Shown here: piece after piece, positions 57,941 to 64,000 of the stretch | How the letters are laid out: each line of letters opens with the position of its first letter | Numbering within the stretch: the first letter of the stretch is position 1 | IMG/VR virus record: IMGVR_UViG_2531839459_000011 | Source of the DNA: an uncultured virus (IMG/VR IMGVR_UViG_2531839459_000011) | Taxonomy: Duplodnaviria; Heunggongvirae; Uroviricota; Caudoviricetes | Direction: 5' to 3' (one strand) | DNA length: 64,000 nt | Program-made: the position numbers and the translations under genes | Notes under the pieces: model-generated | What the model saw: only the letters and a program-made list of their open reading frames with translations | Database searches by the model: none | What the model was told of the DNA's origin: nothing

Positions 57941-58450
57941 ATGATTATTACTGATGAAATGCTAGCAGTTTTAGACCAGTCATCCGGGCCAGTCGGCTTG
58001 CTTGAATGTATCGAAGTATCACACCCTAATTGGCCTCGTGTACTTAGATATATTGTGAATAGTAGTGATCCGATGGATCTAACACATGAGGATGGGCAGA
58101 CTTTTACCTATTCTTTTGCTCCTCTCAATATTACACGGAGTAATGAAGAGGAGAACTTGGATCAAAAAATTACGGCAGCTATCGGTGATGTAGGATCTGA
58201 AATCCCAGACTTGGTTGATCTTGTTTTAAAAGACTCGGTTCGAATACCCCCTATATTGAATTATAGAGCATATGTTATCGGCAAATATGACCTGCCGTGT
58301 ACATATGCTAAAGGGCTTGAAGTTATTGTAATTACAAGGGATTGGAAAGGTACTAGCTTTGAGGCGCAAGCTCCGGGCTTGAATGATTCAGGTAACGGTG
58401 AAATTTATTCTGCAAGTACAGATCCAAGTCTTGAAGGATTTTACTCATGA
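57941..58450 (+). CDS. Tail tip protein (DUF1833-like)
   Basis: LECIEVSHPNW. Confidence 0.8.
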   Translation: MIITDEMLAVLDQSSGPVGLLECIEVSHPNWPRVLRYIVNSSDPMDLTHEDGQTFTYSFAPLNITRSNEEENLDQKITAAIGDVGSEIPDLVDLVLKDSVRIPPILNYRAYVIGKYDLPCTYAKGLEVIVITRDWKGTSFEAQAPGLNDSGNGEIYSASTDPSLEGFYS

Positions 58451-58842
58451 ATATTCGTCAGCTTTTTTATTGTGTCTATGATCCAGAAAATTTCCATTGC
58501 GTGCATTTCGTCATCTTGGCCGCAAAGGTCATTTTTGAGAAAGATTACACGCCGTGTTTCTTGGGCTTAACCGGACCATTACAGGAATCAATAAAAACAT
58601 CACGTAATACGGTTCACAGAAACAAGCACATCAAAAAGCCGGAAGACGGCTGCATTGTCTTAATGACTTACCTAGATCAAAGCTCCCACGTGGGGCTTTT
58701 TTTTCAGGGTCGAATTTTTCATTTGATCGAACGCGGGCCGCAGAGAATCACTGTAGAGCAGGCGAATAGTATTTTTAGTCGGATTCGATATTATGAGCCA
58801 AATTTATCTTTACCAGAACTCTCTCAACAAGAACGAAGTTGA
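58447..58842 (+). CDS. NlpC/P60-like tail assembly protein
   Basis: FHCVHFV...HVGLF...IFHL. Confidence 0.75.
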   Translation: MNIRQLFYCVYDPENFHCVHFVILAAKVIFEKDYTPCFLGLTGPLQESIKTSRNTVHRNKHIKKPEDGCIVLMTYLDQSSHVGLFFQGRIFHLIERGPQRITVEQANSIFSRIRYYEPNLSLPELSQQERS

Positions 58843-61627
58843 TGTAATCGATACAGATAATATTCTGTTTGAATTTCTTAAAGTAAAAAAACAATTTCCT
58901 CAAGCAAAAATTTATCTCGGTAATCCTTGCCCGGAAAATGACATAACACCATCAATAAAAGATAAGGCATCAATTGCGCGCTTAACCGAAATTGCAGATG
59001 ACTGCAGTATTGTTTGTCATCCGGGTGAATTAAGCTCATTTGTGACATGGGTTGCAACAAAGATTCTGGGTTCTGCTGTTTCTGCTTTGGTTAAAGTTCC
59101 CAAGCCAAACATGAGCAATAACGGCTCAATGTCTGGATCAAGTAACAATAACTTATCAGATCCAGAGAACCGCCAGCGTTTAAAACAACGTATACCTTTC
59201 ATTTTGGGGCGTGTTAAAGCTATTCCAGATCTTTTTGCTCCAGTCATCAAATACTTTAAAGATGGGGTCGAAGTTGAAGAATCTTTGATGTGTATTTGTG
59301 AAAACCCCGTTCAAGTTTCTAACTTCAAGTCGGGCGACACACCGATACAAGAGATACCCGGTACAAGCCTTTCAGCTTATGGACACAATCAATCTTTAAT
59401 TGGGAATGAAACTATATTTAAGTGGGGTGATACATTTGACCAGCCGCCAGTTATTGCCCGTCAAAATGCTTCTATTAACGGACAAACTCTTTTGCCGCCA
59501 AATAGCACACGTATTGAAGCGAGTGACATTTATTTCCAGTATCCAAATTTAATTAAGGCAAATAATCAAGGTACAGCAGATAAATTTAATGCGTTTGATA
59601 TTAATGACTCTTTAATTATTAGTGGGGCGAATTTTGGTATTAATGACTTGGCTATTACTGGGCAAGTTGATGTAGACAATACCAATAATACATTTTCGAT
59701 TGCTTCAAACCAAACCGTTGTAGACTTTCAAGATTACCGCAAAATCAATGTAACTTCCTTGCTTGTAACTGATCCTGTGAATGGGCAACTAGATCTTGCA
59801 GGTTTGTATGATATTGACACAATTACCTATGTGTCTGGTGTTTATACGATTCATTTAAAGAATCCAGTTTCAACAAACTCAAACTTTGCAAATCTTACCG
59901 AAGTTTTAACGGCCAATTTATCTGCAAACCTTACGGCTAATTCAGCAAACATTTTCTTGGATGGTAATTATGTTGTAACCGGTGTAGATATAACGAACAA
60001 ACAAATTTCCTTAGCCACTCCGAGTGCTGTGAATGATGACTGGAATAAACTTGCGGATTTAACAGATCAAAAAACAGGTGTTGGAACTATTAAGTTAAGA
60101 GGTAGCCAAGAAAATTATATTGGATGGTTTACGATTGAGTCAGCAAAAGCTACTGGGTTGCTACTCAACTTTCAGGCGCTTAATGGTATTTATCAGGGAT
60201 CCGATGCTAAGTTTGTAGATATTTATGTTGAATATCAGCAAGTATTAAACGGAAACCCAACAGGCAATGTTTATAACCAAACAATACGCCTGAATGGTAA
60301 AGCGAATAACCGCGATAGTGTCGGCGGCTCAATGTGGATTACATTGCCATTTACTGGTGCAGTGCGCTTTCGAGCGCGCCGTACAAATGACAATGGTGAC
60401 GCTGTAGATCTATCAGACGAAACTAAGTTTTATACCGCATACGCATATCATTACTTATCCAAGCTTGTATATGACAACCGAGTTTTAATTCGTCAACGTA
60501 CACAAGCAACACGTGCAGCAACGGCCATTGATAGCCGAATGACAAACTGTATAGCAGAAAGTCTGGTTTACTCATACCGTGATGGTGTTAAGTCGGATAC
60601 CCGCATACCTTCAAGATTTATTCCTGATCTAGTAATTGAATTAGCTTTGCATAAGTTGATTGGACGAAGAACATTGAATGAAGTAAATGTCGAAAAACTG
60701 TATTCAGTTTTTGATGAGGTTGTCGATTATTTCGGCTCAGAAAAGATGGCTGAGTTTAATTACACAATTGATGATGCTAATCAATCATTTGAAGAGATTC
60801 TAAGAATGTTGGCGGGCGTCTCTTGCTGTAATGATCGCCGTCTAAATCGTCAGATTTACTTTGAGCTTGAGCGGGCGGGTCGAGAGCCTTATTTATTATT
60901 CAATCATCGAAATAAAAAGGCCCGTACAGAAGTTAGGACAATCCGAACAAAACCAGAAAACAATTATGACGGTGTTGAGATGACATACGTTGATAGTGAA
61001 GCTGGATGGATTGAAAAAACCTTGAAAATTCCTAATGACCAAATCACTAACCCGAAAAAAATTGAAGGCTATGGAATTGTTTATAAGCAGCAAGCACATA
61101 TTGTTGCGTGGCGTGCTTGGAACAAAATTCAATTTCAAGCAATTAATTGTCGTTTTTCTTGTTTTGCAGAAGGTGAGTTGGTTGGTAGTGGTGATCCAGT
61201 TGCAGTGGTTGACGATACTCGTCTCGCACCAACATTCTTTGGTGATCCTTCACAAGCGATTTTATCGGGCGAGGTTTTAGCTTGGAATGGCTTAAACATC
61301 ACAGGTTCGCAGCCTTGCAAGCTATCTACCGAGCATTCATTCGTAATCCATTTGCAGCTTAAAAGCGGATATATAGACATCATCCCTGTGACACAGGGTC
61401 AAAATGATTATGAGTTTGTGCTTGCACGGCCACCAGTTGAGGCACTTGTAACAGAAGGTGAAGTTAAGACAGTTTATTCACTTTCAACTGATGATCGGAA
61501 AAAGGACGATCTATTTCTCATTACTACTAAACAAAGGTCAGGTGTCTTTGAAAATGAATTAACACTCGTAAACCTTGATGACCGTTACTATCAAAACGAT
61601 AGCGACATAAAAAACAATCTTGTTTAA
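58793..61627 (+). CDS. Central tail tip protein
   Basis: Colinear with 19385-22810 up to DDRYY but lacks the Gly-rich extension. Confidence 0.85.
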   Translation: MSQIYLYQNSLNKNEVDVIDTDNILFEFLKVKKQFPQAKIYLGNPCPENDITPSIKDKASIARLTEIADDCSIVCHPGELSSFVTWVATKILGSAVSALVKVPKPNMSNNGSMSGSSNNNLSDPENRQRLKQRIPFILGRVKAIPDLFAPVIKYFKDGVEVEESLMCICENPVQVSNFKSGDTPIQEIPGTSLSAYGHNQSLIGNETIFKWGDTFDQPPVIARQNASINGQTLLPPNSTRIEASDIYFQYPNLIKANNQGTADKFNAFDINDSLIISGANFGINDLAITGQVDVDNTNNTFSIASNQTVVDFQDYRKINVTSLLVTDPVNGQLDLAGLYDIDTITYVSGVYTIHLKNPVSTNSNFANLTEVLTANLSANLTANSANIFLDGNYVVTGVDITNKQISLATPSAVNDDWNKLADLTDQKTGVGTIKLRGSQENYIGWFTIESAKATGLLLNFQALNGIYQGSDAKFVDIYVEYQQVLNGNPTGNVYNQTIRLNGKANNRDSVGGSMWITLPFTGAVRFRARRTNDNGDAVDLSDETKFYTAYAYHYLSKLVYDNRVLIRQRTQATRAATAIDSRMTNCIAESLVYSYRDGVKSDTRIPSRFIPDLVIELALHKLIGRRTLNEVNVEKLYSVFDEVVDYFGSEKMAEFNYTIDDANQSFEEILRMLAGVSCCNDRRLNRQIYFELERAGREPYLLFNHRNKKARTEVRTIRTKPENNYDGVEMTYVDSEAGWIEKTLKIPNDQITNPKKIEGYGIVYKQQAHIVAWRAWNKIQFQAINCRFSCFAEGELVGSGDPVAVVDDTRLAPTFFGDPSQAILSGEVLAWNGLNITGSQPCKLSTEHSFVIHLQLKSGYIDIIPVTQGQNDYEFVLARPPVEALVTEGEVKTVYSLSTDDRKKDDLFLITTKQRSGVFENELTLVNLDDRYYQNDSDIKNNLV

Positions 61628-61680
61628 ATACCAGTCCTTTAAGTCCCCGCATTAGCGGGGATTTTTTTTGGAGAATTTTT

Positions 61681-63717
61681 ATGCCTTTAACACCAGAAAC
61701 TTTCCAAAATTTGGAAAGGGATATTGAAGATACAGGCAAGGCTGTAAATACAGACGCACTAATTGAGCCAAGATATGGTATCCCGTTTAAATCATTACCG
61801 ATGCTTTCCAGACTTTTTGAAGAGATGTTGGGAGTGGGATATGTTTCAGTAGATGATTTGAAACAGGCAATTGAAGTTGCGGCAGCAGCTGGAGCGGGCG
61901 AAAACGGGTGGATAGATACACTGGTGCTGACTTTAACTGGTGAAAATCTCAGGGAATTTAATAAAAAAACTATCAGTACATTAGATTGTATTGATGATTT
62001 AGCTACTACATTGCCATGGCCGGGCCGCACCGTAAATGTACGATCTGTGATAAAAGATAAACATTTAGGGGGGGGGACTTTTGTATTTAGTGCTGATAGT
62101 TCAAAAGTTCCAGACGGTTATATTGTTGTTGCTGCAAATGGCGGGAATTGGGTGAAAATCACAGTTGCTTTTCCAACAATTGATGATTTTGGCGGTCTGG
62201 GTGACGACCCAAATTATGACGATGCGGACGCATTTATTCGATGTGCGTTGAGTCCATACACAGGTTCGAATATTTATCTTGCTAACAGACAAGTTGAATA
62301 TCGCATCAATAAACAAGTTGATTGCAAGGGTAAAGGGATTGTTGGAGGTGGATTTAGTAGACAAAATGCCACTGCGTATGCAATGAACTCTCTAAAGGTA
62401 AGACCAGGTGATTATTCAAATTCAAATACCCTTCTTAATAATGTGGCATTTATTAACGTGGGCGCCGAAGTAAGAGATTTGCAATTAGTAAGTGAGGGTG
62501 TTTCAGAAAATATTTCGGGTTTAAAAGTTGATGGTTATAACTTCACACTTTCAAATGTAAATATTTCAGGCTTTTACAATCAAGTATATTTATCGAATGC
62601 AACGGTTTCGTTCCGTGTCCAAAATTTGATGTCAATTAGTGCATCAAATGCAGGGTTTTATATTGCTGATGTTGATTCTAAACAAAGTACTACTGCATAT
62701 TTTGACAACTGCTCATGGCAATGGGGTAAATACCCTGTGCTGTTTGCTAAAGAAGCTTATCAGTGCGTCTTTAATAATATTATTCTTGAATATATGCAGT
62801 ACGGTTTAACAGCGGGTATCTGGTCGAATTGCTCATTCAATGCAATTTGGGCAGAGCAAACAAGAGATGGTGTAGCTCGTGACTGGCTTGTAAACACGAC
62901 CTATCAACAAACATTTAATTGCACAGTTAATAATCTCTACATTAGAACGCCTTGGCTAAATCGAGCTGACACAACCGCTTTGGCTGTATCAGATAATATT
63001 GGGGGGGTTGTAATTGATAAAAGTCGAATTACTTTAAGCGGTGCGACGGGTGCGAAAATACAACTTTCTCCATCTGGTTTAGCAACACTTTTTGCTAATT
63101 GGTATGGTGGTACTAATCGAAGATTATTAATTACTACTCAACCGACTGCGGCAGATTCTGGGTATAAAACACCAATCCACATCAATGCACCGAATAGCGA
63201 ATTGTATTTTGGAAATCAGGATGAAACATCAGTTGCAAGTGTAGTATTTAAGCGAGTAATTGGCGCTACTGCTACAAATACACCTTATATTGCGTCAGAC
63301 TCGTGGACTAAAAAAATTCGAAAGTGGAATACTTACAATCACGAAGTATCAAAAGTCGGGCGTTTTATTGCACCGATGATGCTGACTTATGATGTCAACT
63401 TTACTACCCAACAAAATAACGCAGGCTGGTCTATCTCAAAAGAGTCTACGGGAGTCTATAGATTGCAACGAGATGCGGGCGTAACAACTGAATTAGCAAA
63501 TCCGCACATTTTTGTTTCTGGCATTTTTTCTGGAACGGGATTAGGTGGTGGAAAGGCTATATTGCCACCGACGCTACAAGCAATTGAAGCATACAGTGGG
63601 AGTTGGTCGTCTTTCAAAGTTGCAGCTGGAGTCAAGTTGTTTTTTACAGATTTGACAGGTGCGTTAGTTGATCCAATGCGCTTCTCAGTATCATTCACAC
63701 TAGAATCAGGAATTTAA
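61681..63717 (+). CDS. Tailspike / capsule depolymerase (beta-helix)
   Basis: Anchor N-terminus; GGGTFVF, TIDDFGGLGD...DDADAF pectate-lyase-3-like start; beta-rich repeats. Confidence 0.8.
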   Translation: MPLTPETFQNLERDIEDTGKAVNTDALIEPRYGIPFKSLPMLSRLFEEMLGVGYVSVDDLKQAIEVAAAAGAGENGWIDTLVLTLTGENLREFNKKTISTLDCIDDLATTLPWPGRTVNVRSVIKDKHLGGGTFVFSADSSKVPDGYIVVAANGGNWVKITVAFPTIDDFGGLGDDPNYDDADAFIRCALSPYTGSNIYLANRQVEYRINKQVDCKGKGIVGGGFSRQNATAYAMNSLKVRPGDYSNSNTLLNNVAFINVGAEVRDLQLVSEGVSENISGLKVDGYNFTLSNVNISGFYNQVYLSNATVSFRVQNLMSISASNAGFYIADVDSKQSTTAYFDNCSWQWGKYPVLFAKEAYQCVFNNIILEYMQYGLTAGIWSNCSFNAIWAEQTRDGVARDWLVNTTYQQTFNCTVNNLYIRTPWLNRADTTALAVSDNIGGVVIDKSRITLSGATGAKIQLSPSGLATLFANWYGGTNRRLLITTQPTAADSGYKTPIHINAPNSELYFGNQDETSVASVVFKRVIGATATNTPYIASDSWTKKIRKWNTYNHEVSKVGRFIAPMMLTYDVNFTTQQNNAGWSISKESTGVYRLQRDAGVTTELANPHIFVSGIFSGTGLGGGKAILPPTLQAIEAYSGSWSSFKVAAGVKLFFTDLTGALVDPMRFSVSFTLESGI

Positions 63718-63718
63718 T

Positions 63719-63943
63719 ATGAACTACGCAGATATGTATGTACAGGGTGCACTGCCAAAGATTGAGGCAGACATTGCACAAAACGGAGTATGTACTCTTT
63801 ATTCAAAGATGACTTTAAATGAAGAAACAACAACGGCCATTTCAGATCTACTTCGTGAAAAAGGCTTCAATACGGAAGTATCAATTGAAGATGATCCCGA
63901 TTTTATTGGTAGTCGATATAAGCTTGTAATTAAAAAAGCGTAA
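63719..63943 (+). CDS. Small phage protein after the tailspike
   Basis: AGGA RBS; terminator ~63964-63995. Confidence 0.6.
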   Translation: MNYADMYVQGALPKIEADIAQNGVCTLYSKMTLNEETTTAISDLLREKGFNTEVSIEDDPDFIGSRYKLVIKKA

Positions 63944-64000
63944 CTACATAGAAAAACCTTACAAGCCCTAGCTTTTAATAAGTTAGGGCTTTTTTATTGC

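Larger units (their letters stand above)
31049..64000. mobile_element. Prophage 2 (lambdoid/HK97-like; xis through tailspike, right end outside the window)
   Basis: xis-early-cI/cro-replication-Q-HNH-terminase-portal-protease-capsid-tail order. Confidence 0.93.

Noticed and set aside
2199..63698. Many short opposite-strand or nested ORFs in the track (e.g. 2199-2546, 45610-46212, 61527-62030)
   Set aside because: Shadows of well-supported phage genes, with no motifs recognised

Overview
The whole window is prophage DNA, most likely from Acinetobacter baumannii (inferred from gene families and an eptA/pmrC-type phosphoethanolamine transferase). It holds two different siphovirus-type prophages in tandem. 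They meet at a 53-bp copy of the 3' end of the 6S RNA gene (ssrS, minus strand, 30996-31048), flanked by integrase/excisionase-type repeat arrays. Prophage 1 (1 to ~31000, right half only) has a MuF/scaffold/capsid head module, a tail module and a holin plus GH108 endolysin. It carries a moron cluster between the tail chaperone and tape measure genes, and a low-GC cargo (Zur-boxed ZnuD-like TonB receptor plus eptA) that truncated an SRAP gene. It ends in a tyrosine integrase. Its tape measure gene carries a +1/-1 pair of homopolymer indels. Prophage 2 (~31050 to beyond 64000) is lambdoid/HK97-like: xis, early genes, cI/cro, replication initiator plus DnaB, Q, tRNA-Arg(UCU), HNH/cos/terminases, portal, protease, capsid, tail and a beta-helix tailspike. 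The least-explained signals are: (i) a diverged second copy of the tail-assembly chaperone beside a candidate type I toxin/antisense pair and a Sar-like antisense-controlled antirepressor; (ii) three GGAU-tetraloop hairpins over the scaffold RBS; (iii) a circularly permuted M23 domain in the tape measure; (iv) a 43-aa lipoprotein in the spanin position; (v) several multibranched non-coding RNAs in the prophage 2 late region. Protein calls come from motif recognition and gene order only; no searches were run.
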